Source: Fimicolochytrium jonesii
Taxonomy: Eukaryota
Direction: 5' to 3'
DNA: 64,000 nucleotides
Assembly: GCF_025526975.1 (NCBI RefSeq)
Contig: NW_026515671.1
Location: 1,302,001 to 1,366,000, forward strand
The translations under genes were made by a program, and so were the position numbers. Below, one piece after another: positions 1 through 11,478 of this stretch (its first letter is position 1; each line of letters opens with the position of its first letter). The notes beneath the pieces were generated by a model. That model searched no databases. It was not told the origin of the DNA and was given only the letters and a program-made list of their open reading frames with translations.

Positions 1-989
1 CAAGCTCCCCAACATAACCACCGAATTCCACGCCCTCCCGCAAACCGCCTACACCCTCCGCCGCCACGCCCTCCAATCGTCCTACTCGAACCTCCACGCC
101 TCTTTATTCCCACACACGCTAATCGAGCTACACAGCACAACAACAACCACCCACAAACTCGTCAACCGCACCCGGAAAACGGAAGCCAAAACGACCAAGA
201 AGCTGCTCAACGTCGCGGACCTGGTCACGTACGCCGAGGGGAAGAACGTCGCTATGCCTAAAGCCACGGGGGATGACGTAGCAACGAAGGAGCACACGCG
301 GTTCTTGAAGAGCTTGGGCAACCCCGTGGTGAAGATTGGGTTTGAAGCTGAGAATGCCGACGGGAATGGGGAATTCGAGCCGCTGGGGAGGGATGTATTG
401 ATCGAGCTGTTTGCGGAGACGTGTCCGAAGACTACGAGGCATTTTCTGCAGTACGTGGATGGCGGGCAGGGGGGGATGAGTTATTTGGGGAGCGGGGTCT
501 CGAGGGTCGTTAAGGGGGGATGGATTGAGTGTGGAGGTGAGTGGGGGGTTGGAGATGTTGCAGGAAATTCCACATGCATGGTTCAGATCATTCTGCTTCT
601 GGTAGAAATCCGCGGTCCAGATGGCCAACTTCGCACGGGAAATGTCTTGGAAGGTCAGTTGGACCCCCACCTACGCTCGCTAAACACATGAGAGAAGACC
701 TAACTAACCCCTCCCACCCCACCCCCGAACACCAGATGAAAACTTCATCCACCCGCACGACCCCTACACCCTCCACCTCATCCCCTCCTCATCCGGCCCG
801 CACACATCCACCACACCATTCATGATCACCACGGCCGCGATGCCCTGCTTCGACAAGCGATATGTGGCGTTCGGGCGCGTCCTGGAGGGGCTGGAGACGT
901 TGCTGGCGATCAACGGGATTGAGTGTATTCATGAGCGGCCGACGAGGGGGATTAGGATTAGGGACATTGAGCAGTGGAAGGAGGAGTAG
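1..989 (+). CDS. Cyclophilin-fold protein, PPIL6-like (5' end probably outside window; spliced)
   Basis: Spliced frames give VLIELFAETCPKTTRHF..SYLGSGVSRVVKGGWIECG / DENFIHPH..FMITTAAMPCFDKRYVAFGRVLEG..ERPT; stop TAG 987-989. The degenerate active-site motifs (RVVKGGWIECG rather than RIIPGFMCQGG) resemble PPIL6. Confidence 0.75.
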
Positions 990-1454
990 GTGATCATAGC
1001 AGGGTAGAGTAGGGTTGGGGGGTTTGACAGGTGCGACCGTTTATGCGAAGTATGATAGGAAGTCTTGGTAGAATAGGAGGTCGCTTTTGCAGAACATCGC
1101 ACTGTGGGTCGGTGTGACCTTGATGAATGCATGCGGGCCTGTGCGAGACTCGGTTCCCAGCCCAAAAGCAAGCCCCGCTCCGTGACGTCGTCAACGCGTA
1201 TCGATATGGGGGAATGCCATGCGATCGACGATCCACCTCCCAGACGGGCTGCAACCACAACGTTTTGCCGCATCGCAGGAAACCACGCAAGAGCAGAGTC
1301 AACGAGATTTCTCAGGAGGTATATAATAAGAACGCATATAGCTAGCCGTGCCCCTTCTCTTTCTACCGTAAAAGCATCACATTCCAGATCACTTAGTTTT
1401 TGGCGATACAGCTTTAGTATCCCGCGCCTTCCATCTTCCGCCGTCGAAAGGTCA

Positions 1455-3473
1455 ATGCCTTCTGGCCTCCTCCTTCCAACGCCGTACACCCTACCTCTCT
1501 CCCGGCTCGCTCTTCGCACCCGTATCTCTCTCCCAAGAGTCCCCACCACCCACTTCCAAAGCCTCTCAACCACCCCCATCACCAAGATGCCCGCCCCCAT
1601 CATCACCGCCAACGACCTCGAGAATGGCCAAATGAAGTCAGTCGACGTTGGTGGCGACCAGAAAGTGCTGATCGCTAAAGTGCAGGGCAAAGTGTATGCC
1701 ACGACGAACAAGTGTACGCACTTTGGCGCGCCGTTGGAGAAGGGCGTGCTTACAGCCGATGGGCGCTTGACTTGGTAAGACATTCATACGAAAGTCAAAC
1801 ACCCAGACGAAAGGGAGGCGGATAATTGACGGCATGATATGTTATTCAGTCCATGGCACGGCGCCTGCTTCAATGTGAAAACCGGCGACATCGAAGACGC
1901 CCCAGGCATGGCCTGCCTCAAAACCTTCCCGGTGGCCATCTCCGGCGACAAGATCCACATCGAAGTCACCCCCGAAGCCGCCAAGCAAACCGTGCCTATC
2001 CCCAACCGGCCGTCCCCAAAAAAGGACGACACGGTCGTGATCATCGGCAACGGGTCCGGCGGTCAGTCCGCCGCTGAGGCGTTGCGGGAGCACGGGTTTG
2101 GTGGGAAGATCGTCGTTTTCGGGAAAGAACCGTACCTCCCCATCGACCGCACCAAGCTCAGCAAAGGCCTGGACGTGTCCGCGGAGAAGATCGCGTTGCG
2201 GCCTGAGGAGTTCTACCGCGAGCGTGAGATCGCGCTGCACGCCGAGAAGGAGGTCAAGGAGGTTGATCTTGCTAAAAGGCAGGTCACGCTGACCGATGGG
2301 ACGACGCAGGGGTACTCGCATCTTGTTCTGTCGCCGGGCTCGTATCCCCGGCCATTGGACGTGCCTGGGAAGGAGCTGAAGAATGTTCATTTGCTGCGGT
2401 CGTTGGTGGATGCCAATGCCTTGCATAAGGCGATCAAGTCGAAGGAGAAGCCGAAGGTTATTATTGTTGGGACTGGGTTTATTGGACTGGAGTTGGCGTC
2501 TGTGCTTGCGAAGGACGGGACTGCTTGTGTGACCGTCTTGGCAAGGAATGAGGTATGGGTCGCCACATCCATCCGCTTTGGAGTCCATTATGTTAGACTG
2601 AGGCCTGTTTTCGAACCAGACACCACTGAAGCCCGTTCTGGGTGAAGAGATTGGAAAGTTCATCAAACGATGGCACGAAGAAAAGGGAGTGACCTTCAAG
2701 GTCGCGCAACCCAAATCGTTCGAGCCTTCAGGTTTGTCCCCTCGCGCATGCACCCTTTCCGGTGATATCGTCCTGGATTGGCTCGAACTGACTGTCCTTC
2801 TTCCATTCTCGCAGTGGTAAACCCGTCAGAAGTCGGCACAGTAAAACTCACCACCGGCGAAGAACTCGCCGCCGACGTCGTCCTAGTCGCCATCGGCGCC
2901 CAGCCTGCCACCACCTTCCTCAAACCCACCGGCCTCCTCAACGACGACGGCTCCATCGAAGTCGACAACTTCCTCCGCGTGCACTCCCACCCGGAGGTCT
3001 ATGTCGCCGGCGACGTCGCGCGGATTCCCTTGGGGGGGACCGACCAGAAAGTCCGCGTGGAACATTGGAACGTCGCCCGCAACACGGGGCGCTCCATCGC
3101 GCGGAACATCGCCATTGCCTCCGGGTCCCAACCCCCTGCGTCCGCAGATTCCGAACTGGAACCCTTCACGAAAGTGCCGTACTTCTGGACAGTCCAATAC
3201 GGCAATTCCGTACGATACGCCGGCGGCGGCCCCTTTGACGAAGTGTATGTGGACGGCGACTTGACCAGCAAAAAAGGTGATGAGACCAGCTTTGTGGCGT
3301 ATTATGCAAACAAGGGCGCCGTTGTTGCCGTGGCGAGCCTGAATAAGGATCCGGTTGTGAGTCAGTTTTCGGAGCTGTTGAGGTTGAAGAGGGTGCCGAC
3401 TTTGGCGGAGATTAAGGGCGGCAAGAGTATTTTGAGCGTGCCATTGGGCCCTGCCAACGCTGCGAATTTGTAG
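1455..3473 (+). CDS. AIF-like (AIFM3/Nfrl type) Rieske [2Fe-2S] + FAD-dependent pyridine nucleotide-disulfide oxidoreductase
   Basis: Rieske motifs CTHFGAPL and C-PWHGACF joined across an intron; GxGxxG motifs (IIGNGSGG, IVGTGFIGLE), AGDVA, RVEHWNVA, VPYFWT; several short introns. Confidence 0.92.
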
Positions 3474-3641
3474 AGACCACCGCCATTGTCGCTAGGAGCT
3501 TCGATATCGTTTCCATTCTTTGTATACCCATGTATAAATCGTACCTATGTGACATTTTCCAATGATGCAACGTTTCGTTTCCCCCAAAAAAGTGTGTATA
3601 TTTTTCTGCAAAAACAAACCTATGTACATGCGTCGACCCGT

Positions 3642-4136
3642 TCATTTGGACGCCATCTTATACCCAGCCGTATCTAATATCTGCACCCCGCACATCGCAC
3701 ATATCCCTGGAAAATCGAATGGCAGGTTAGCTTCGACCGCCCACCATCAACCCCCAACTCCTACCTACTCCATCCTCTCCCACCTACCATTCTTATAAGC
3801 ACACCCCTGACAATAATGTCTCCCCGCCTGATGCACCGTCTGCTTGCACACTTTGCACTTGGCAGCATAGGGATTGAATTTGCCGCTTTTCTTGGACGAT
3901 AGGAGTTTATTTTCGTTGAGTTTGCGAGTGGAGGTGGAGGTGGAGGGTGTTGATGAGGAGGAGGGTTTGGAGGAGGATGTTGAGGAGTTTTTAGATGCGA
4001 ACGGGTCGGTTGTTGCAAGGGTTGAGAGTTTCTTTTCGCCTGGATTGGGGGGGTGGGAAGAGGGGTATATGCGGTGAGTTTTGGGGTGGGGTGCAGGTAA
4101 TGGACGGGAAGCAATCTTACACTTTTTGCAAACCAT
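3642..4136 (-). CDS. CRIPT: Cysteine-rich PDZ-binding protein (CRIPT)
   Basis: MVCKK-[intron]-EKKL..RKLNENKLL..CKVCKQTVHQAGRHYCQGCAYKNG-[intron]-ICAMCGVQILDTAGYKMASK*. Confidence 0.93.
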
Positions 4137-4527
4137 GGTTGGAGGAAGGATAGACGATAGATTGACTCTAGTGCCGGCGTCTGCAGGGGATCGGGGCGTC
4201 CAACCTGAAAGTTCGCAAGCAGGAGGAAGGCGACAGTACGAATATCATGGTTCCCAGCCGGTCGGCCCGTACCGCGCTCCGGGCGGGCGGTGCCGTAATG
4301 ATCGTCCGGAACTGTCAGCGGCAGCGCCTTCTCTTCTCTTTCCCTTTCTCGCTTGCTTGCTCCGATTTAAGCTCAAACTCCCTCAAGCAAACCAGCTGCC
4401 AAACGTTCTAGACGTCCAGCGCACAACGTTGACCCTGTCGCCTTACCCGGCCTCTCCAACTCTCTTCCTTCCAGCCCGCCCTCCTCACCCCATTCGTCCT
4501 CCCGGGGAACTCCGAAGAAAAGGCGCA

Positions 4528-5505
4528 ATGCGGGGAGCGATGGCCTCGACACCCCGCCAATGGTGGTTCGCCCTGACAGCCATCATTACAGTCATCACAA
4601 TATCGCTCTCCTACACGATCCTCGTCTCCCAAAGCAAGTTCAGCTCCATCACACTCCCCTCCACTCTCCGCAACACCTTTCTGAACCGGGCTCAGAACAG
4701 AACCGCTCAACCCGAATACGTCGCAATATGCCTCTCGGTCAAAGGCCAAGTCCGCGACCTGCCAGAATGGTTCATCCACCACTACCACCACATCGGCATA
4801 CGGAGGTTCTACATCATGGACGACGGGACAAAACCGCCCCTGTCTGAGCAGCCGGAGAACCACTACGGTATCCCACGGTCGGCCATCACCTTCCAGTACT
4901 TCGACGAGACGGACCGCATGCCGTACATGCAGAACCACATGTACAACGAATGCAACCGCCGGTTCCGCGATCGCCATACCTGGATCGCATACATCGACGC
5001 CGACGAGTTCCTCGAAATGACCTCCACTACAAAGAGGGAGACGCTGGACGATGTCCTCCGCGAGTTCGAGAAGGACCCGAAAGTCGGCGCTGTCGGCGTC
5101 AATTGGCAGGTTCACAACTCCAACAACCTCACCGAACGGCCCCCATCCGCCCGCAAAGGGTTCACGAGATGCATCGTCGACGACCCTGAACAGGACAACC
5201 GACACATCAAGTCCATCGTGCGGACCGCGTACTACTCATACCCCACATCCCCCCACTCCTTCTTCACAACCGACGACACCATCACGGTGGGAGAAAACGG
5301 CGATAAAGTAGATTACGCATTTAGACGGCCTATTACACGGCAGCGGATGGCGCTGCATCACTATGTAGTCAAGTCTAAGGCGGAGTACGCGGCCAAGGTG
5401 CAGAGGGGCAATGGGATGGATCAACCGAAGGGCTGGGACTTTTGGGACCATGTTGAAAAGATGCCGAGCGTTGACTGCATGTCCATGGCGCATTATTCCC
5501 CATGA
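4528..5505 (+). CDS. Glycosyltransferase family 92-like (GT-A fold) type II membrane protein, intronless
   Basis: N-terminal TM anchor (WWFALTAIITVITISLSYTILV), EWFIHHYHHIGIRRFYIMDD, WIAYIDADEF (DxD), HIKSIV, LHHYVVKSKAEY. Start at 4528 or 4540. Confidence 0.82.
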   Translation: MRGAMASTPRQWWFALTAIITVITISLSYTILVSQSKFSSITLPSTLRNTFLNRAQNRTAQPEYVAICLSVKGQVRDLPEWFIHHYHHIGIRRFYIMDDGTKPPLSEQPENHYGIPRSAITFQYFDETDRMPYMQNHMYNECNRRFRDRHTWIAYIDADEFLEMTSTTKRETLDDVLREFEKDPKVGAVGVNWQVHNSNNLTERPPSARKGFTRCIVDDPEQDNRHIKSIVRTAYYSYPTSPHSFFTTDDTITVGENGDKVDYAFRRPITRQRMALHHYVVKSKAEYAAKVQRGNGMDQPKGWDFWDHVEKMPSVDCMSMAHYSP

Positions 5506-7837
5506 TCCTGTGATTCCGCATCTGTATCATAGTAGCATATAGTAGCTTTTTTTAATCATCGGCATATCACGGCGTATTTATTTTGCGAACGTCCTCGGAA
5601 TGCCGAAGACGCATAGTCCAAGTAGGATGACCCCTTCCTCGAAGATCCTTCTCGCCTCCCTGTTTGAGCGTCGGGCGAATCCCTAAAGGGAGAGGTAAGA
5701 AGTGGTAAATCCTACGACTGACTTACCTTTTTAAAGCTCCTCCATCGTCTGCCGAGGCGAAAGATCTACCACATCGCGGCCGACTCCCCTGCCGCCATGC
5801 CGCCAGCATGCCCTCATGCCAAGAGTGATGCCATATGTGATGAGAAGACGAAAGACCTTAGCCTGTTCCTGCCAAGACGGGACAGAGGTGTACCACCAAC
5901 AAGAGAACTTTTCCGCGTCTGATCGAATGTTGCAACTTCACGAGCCACTCCTCCACGTCCGATCCTCCATCTCCCTCGCGGTCCAAAAGTCCAGAGCCCA
6001 GAACTGAAAACGGATCCGTCTGACAATCGTAGAATACGCCTCACTGATGCCATTGATTGGAAGTCGTCGTTGTCGTAGAGCAAATCCATGGTATTCCGGG
6101 CGCGTTGGGGTCAAAGGTAGCCAGGCCGTATTGCCACGTAAATTCACGGCTCACCACACATCTTTCTGTCCGAGTCTTGCGACGCCGACTTGCGGATAGG
6201 CGACACCCATGTGGGAAGGGGCGAGAGAGAGATGAGAGTCCATATGCATTGCGAGGAAAGGAACACAGGCACGGCGTTCAGCTTGCTGCCAATCCGAGAC
6301 TTGCCGTCGACCCTGCGAAAGACAAAAGCAAGGAAGCATAACAGTTGTCAGCACATGGTAATCAAAAGCCGCGGTAACATTGGTGTGTACGAATGACGGG
6401 TGGAGAACGAACACCATAGTGCTTCCTACCTATCCTCCCCAGCGGCGGAAGGGAGGACTGTCTCAGTAGTTCTCGAAGTTGAAAGGATGGTGACGAAGAC
6501 GGGACACAGTGAAGTGCTGCCTACCTATCCTCCCCAGCGGCGGAGGGGAGGACTCGAGGGAGGACTCGACTCTTGACAATTCACGAAGTTGAGAGGATGG
6601 CGGCGAATAATATTGCGTTGCGGTTTGTCGAAAGGTCGATGGCAAAATGGCGATGTGTCGCGGTTTCGTAAGGCACGGCGTCGATCGGTCAGACGTTGTT
6701 GGCGACTTGTATGATCGGACACGTTTCGAAGGGGTGCTGCCTACCTATTGTCCCCCGATATCGCTCAGGAGGAGAGAGGAATCAGATCAGTAGATCTCGG
6801 GAGTCGAATGGCGAGACGGCGTAGTGTGTGTGTCGAAGTGGCCGAGCGTCGAATGTTGGTGGCGAACTTGGATGTTGCCAGATATTGGATTCCGAAGATC
6901 GGACACCCCCAGGGAGGGGGTGCCGCCTACCTATGTCCCCCCGAGAGGAGGAGGAATCAGACCTGGAATGCGAAGGGGAAGTCGAAGTAGTGACCCAGGG
7001 GATTGGCGGATTTCCGGGTTTGCGAGTCGTCGAAGGCGTCGAAGGCGTCGAATGTCACCGTCGAAAATCGGCGCGAATCGGTACTGAATGACGAATGTCA
7101 AAGTGATGGCCTGGCGGGTTGTATTGATGGGTTGACGGGTTGACGGATTGGCGGGTTGGCTGGTTGTCGAGATGTCGAGGGGCGTGTGGCGAGTGTCGAA
7201 GGCCAAGGCGAATCGAAGGTGAGTGTCGAATGGCGACCTGGCTCGAGCATCGAAGGCAAATGTCGCTAGCGGTCGTGAATATGGTGCAATGTCCGATGTC
7301 GAGGGCCGGACACCCCCCCAGTGAGGGGGGATGCTGCCTACCTATCCATTCCCCGCTACCAGAGGGGGGATGGAATCAGGCCTCAGTAGTTCCCGAAGGC
7401 GAATGGAAGTCGAAGGCGAGCGTGAGTCGGATGTCGATGCAAGGCGAGTCGATTGTCGAGTATCGGAGTGGCGAGATGTCGAAGGCGGCGAAGACGGGTC
7501 GATTGTCGAATGGCCTACCGGGGGGCTGGTAAGGAGTCGATTGTAATTCGGGGAGACGAGATGTCGAAGGTGGCGGAGGCGAGTCGATTGTTCACTGGTG
7601 AGCCGGACTCAGTATTGAGTGGCACAAGGGCGAAGTATTATCGGCGTGATATTTTGGAGGATGGCAAGATGACGTATGCGGAGACTTACCGAGAGCGGAA
7701 GATAGTGAAATGGTCGGTGCCGCGAGATGTCAGGCGTCGAAATCCACGGAACAGCTGTAGGATGGTGAACTGGCATCTGCGGCGAACGAAGAAGGTCAGT
7801 GGTATTCCGCGGCGAAAAAACGAGATACTGACTTGGG

Positions 7838-8345
7838 CGTCGGACGCCGAAGCGCTGCCTACGTATCCCGCGTGGGGACTCAGACGTCACGTAGTTCTGA
7901 GGTCGGGCGCCGTAGCGTTGCCTACGTATCCCGAAGGAATCAGACCCCACGTAGTTCTCGGACCGCACGCCGTAGCGCTGCCTACGTATCCCGAAGGAAT
8001 CAGGTCGCACGTCGTTCTGAGGTCGGGCGCCGTAGCGTTGCCTACGTATCCCGAAGGAATCAGACCCCACGTAGTTCTTGGGACCGCACGCCGTAGCGCT
8101 GCCTACGTGTCCCGAAGGAATCAGGTCCCACGTAGTTCTTGTACCGCACGCCGTAGCGCTGCCTACGTATCCCGAAGGAATCAGGTCGCACGTAGTCCTG
8201 AGGTCGGGCGCCGTAGCGTTGCCTACGTATCCCGAAGGAATCAGACCCCACGTAGTTCTTGGGACCGCACGCCGTAGCGCTGCCTACCTATCTTCCCCGT
8301 TGGCGATTGTCGGGGGGGAAAGAATCAGGCCCTGGTAGTTCTCCA
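7838..8345. repeat. Tandem array of ~60-bp units (8 units including divergent flanking units)
   Basis: Core GCCGTAGCG(C/T)TGCCTACGTATCCCGAAGGAATCAG; GCCTAC core at ~7857, 7920, 7980, 8040, 8101, 8161, 8221 and 8282. Confidence 0.95.
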
Positions 8346-8358
8346 GGATATGTCCCCA

Positions 8359-8590
8359 GGATTGCCCAGTCCAGATTGCCGAGTCCAGATGAACGGAATG
8401 ATACCGAGTCCAGATGAATGGAATGATGCCGAGTCCAGATGAACGCAAACCAGATTGCCGAGTGCAGATGAACGGAATGATGCCGACTCCAGATGAATGA
8501 TTGCCGAGTCCAGATTGCCGAGTCCAGATGAACGCAATCAGATTGCCGAGTCCAGATGGCTGTATCGAGATGGCATTGGCGAGTCCGTGG
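8359..8590. repeat. Short degenerate tandem repeat (GATTGCCGAGTCCAGATG-type, ~10 copies)
   Basis: Repeated (GAT)TGCCGAGTCCAGAT(GAA) with variable short spacers. Confidence 0.9.
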
Positions 8591-11171
8591 ATAGGGATTG
8601 CCGGGCGGAGATTGTCGAAAGACCGGACACCGAAGTGCTGCCTACCTACCTCCCCATGGCGATGTCGAAGGGGAGGATCAGGTCTTGGTAGTTCTCGGAA
8701 TCAAAAGGAACGCCGCCGAGTAGACATTGGTGGATCGACATTGCCGAGTCGAGTGTTTGCTAAAAGACCGGACGCCGATTCCCGAAGAGGTGTGCCCGCA
8801 GCAAAGCTAACGGGAAAGCTGACAGAGCGGGCGTTGATGAGGATTAGCGATGCGGAGTGTAGCGTGGAATGGACCTTGAGGAAGCAGAAGGTGGTCAGAA
8901 TGAGAGCCATACAAGAAACGATGTGCAAAGAGGGCTAGGTCATACCGGGGCGATGGGTGCCCCGAGGCAACCCCGATCCCAACGAAAGACGGTCAGATGC
9001 CGAAGGGAGGGTGTGTTGAGACCAATGACGCGAGGTATAGGGGCGAAGTGAATAAGGAGTCTTGGCAAGAAAGTACTGGAGGCGACTTGCGTAGGAGTGA
9101 TGGGTGGTAGGCGACAACTGTTATATCCGAGTAGCGTGGCTGACGACTTCCGATGCTCCGATGATGTGAGATGACTTGCGACGATGGTGGATGATCTTGA
9201 TTATTAGGCCTCAGCAGCCGAGACCAACGGAAAGTCCCCGTCGCCGCATGCCTGCCCTTTCAGTGAGTCTTTGAGCCAAAGTCGCCAGCCTCACTGAAGG
9301 GCTTTACCATGCGACGAGGACAAGCGATGGTGCATTCCACTGAGCGTGTGGCAGGCGAATAGTGGAGGGAATGGAGAGTAGCGTGGAGAGCCCATGGACT
9401 AAATGAAGTAGAAGATCATGAGACCATGAAAAGTTGAGAGAGGCAACGAAGAACGTACCAGGGCGATGGGTACCCCCAGGCAACCCAGAGCCTGATGAAC
9501 CAGTAGAGGTTGCAAGTAGTACTGCCAATGATGTCGACGTCTTGATGCCTTGATGTTGGGATGCGGGTGGATAGTGCTGGATAGTGCTGGGTAGATTGCC
9601 GAGTAGCGTGGCTGACGACCTCCGAGTGTCCGACGACGTGGTATGAATTTGGAGTGACTGTAGACGCTTGATCTTGGTATTTGGACCGGAGACCGAAGAA
9701 TGAACGGCGACACTTGCGGTAGAAGCGTGATGACGATGACCGATATTAATATTGCGGAGCGCCGACGATGAACTATTGAAGCGTGCTAATGACCGGCGAA
9801 GAGTAGATGTCGTAGTGATGAAACGTTGCCGACGACGGCGAATCACACCAGTTTTACCAATTCAATCATATCATTGCCTCTCCATAGAGGAGCGAGTTTT
9901 CAGGCCGGTGCAGTTATTGCATCAACGGTCTTCCATCCTCACCAAGAAAGAATGACCTTTCAACAATGATGCGACTTCACATGGGTTCGCTGGGTGGGGA
10001 TTATCCAGGGTTCGCCGGCGAAAGGTACGCTTGAGGCTTCGAGTGAGCTGACGACGAAGCAAGGAGTCGCAGGAGGCTGAAGTCGGAGTGGGTGCCGACG
10101 GAGGACGCGTCGAAGGACTTGATGCCGTAACTGCTGCGCGGATCTTGGGTGCACGGTGATCGAGCGCACAACGAGAGTTTTGAAACGAAGCGGTCTTGAT
10201 AAAGCGGTGAGGGCGAAGGTAGCAACGTCCGACGAAGTAAGGCAGGCTTGAAAAGGACCTGAGGGTTGTAGGTGAAGAAGGTGAAAGAAGTCAGAACAAG
10301 GACGGAGGATGACCCACAATATAAACAACATACCATACTTACGTGAATCAGTGACGACGATGACTTCATTCGTTGGGCTCAAGAAGCGGTGTGGAAGGTA
10401 GGTGGTACTGAGAGACAGTCTTGTGGTATGGTGAGGATGTGTGACGAGTACACCGGGTGCTGCCGTAAAGCTCGGGTCCAAGTCGGTGATGACCAAGAGA
10501 GGTAATGCTTGTTGAAGATCTTGAAAGCCGATGATCCGAGGCATCTGGAACCCGCTTGGTTTGGCCGACGACGACGGTGTAGGTACTAGTCGACGAAGAA
10601 CTTTTCACGACGAACGATATGGTGGTGGGACCTTGGCCTTCGGGTATCAAGATCGAGAATCTTGAACGCGTATCGCACGCGTGGGTGAAATAGCCGATGA
10701 GGATGAAGGAGCCGACGAACTTGAAGGATCTTGTAACCACACGAGAGGGTCTTGGGCTTCTTGTGGTTTGCCGATGATAGCAAGGCGACGATGAGCCTTG
10801 TATGGTAGATCGTGAAGACGATGTCGGGCAGAATCTTGAATGGCGAGCGGGTAAACGCGTAAATAACGCGTGCTGGCCAGCGAACTTGACAGCGATGGAT
10901 GGATGGAAGACCTTGAGAGCGACGACCGCGAGAGTAGATGAAGGCAAAAGACAGTGCGAGCGATGAAGGCGCCGACGAAAGCAAGTGCGAAAACATGTGG
11001 AACCGTTGTATGTGATATGCGAGTACGGGTTCGAAATCGAGTTTGGATGGGCGAAGGAAGTTGGGAAAAAAGCGATGGGGGAAATCGCTTCGAGGCCAGT
11101 ATTTATAGGCTGCGAGGTCTGGGCGAAAGTGGCGAAGGCGACCACTCTTGCGCCACTTCCCGAGCCGGGCC

Positions 11172-11478
11172 AGTTCTGGTTTGACGTATCGAATTGCGCA
11201 AGTCGCGCAGGGGTATGGCGATAGGGATGGGATGGGCCTGAGGGGTTGATTTCGCTAAGCGGAAAACGCGTCCCCGCACGTTGAGGTAAGCAGACTCGGA
11301 CAGGGCAACTTGACCTCGCTGCCTGCCGAGTTCTAGGTTGACATATCGAATTGCGCAAGTCGAGCAGGGGTATGGCGATGGAATGGGATGGGCCTGAGGG
11401 GTTGAGTTCGCTAAGCGGAAAACGCGTCCCCGCACGTTGAGGTAAGCAGACTCATACAGGGTAACTCGACCTCGCTGC
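11172..11478. repeat. Two-copy ~157-bp tandem duplication
   Basis: AGTTCT..TATCGAATTGCGCAAGTCG..GCGGAAAACGCGTCCCCGCACGTTGAGGTAAGCAGACTC..GACCTCGCTGC starts at 11172 and again at 11329. Confidence 0.95.

Noticed and set aside
1842..2753. Long antisense ORFs (also 4408-5205, 17059-17955, 56433-57404, 58134-58850)
   Set aside because: Shadow frames of well-supported genes on the opposite strand, expected at high GC.
7453..8338. Repetitive ORFs (ALPTYPEGIR..)
   Set aside because: A by-product of the 60-bp repeat; frames shift between units and no family is recognised.
7838..8345. CRISPR-like array
   Set aside because: The units are tandem with no unique spacers, there are no cas genes, and the context is eukaryotic.
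6405..8700. Hammerhead, hairpin or HDV ribozyme assignment for the repeated motif
   Set aside because: CUGA is not followed by NGA and there is no GAAA-stem-UH core; no hairpin loop B and no HDV nested pseudoknot could be built.
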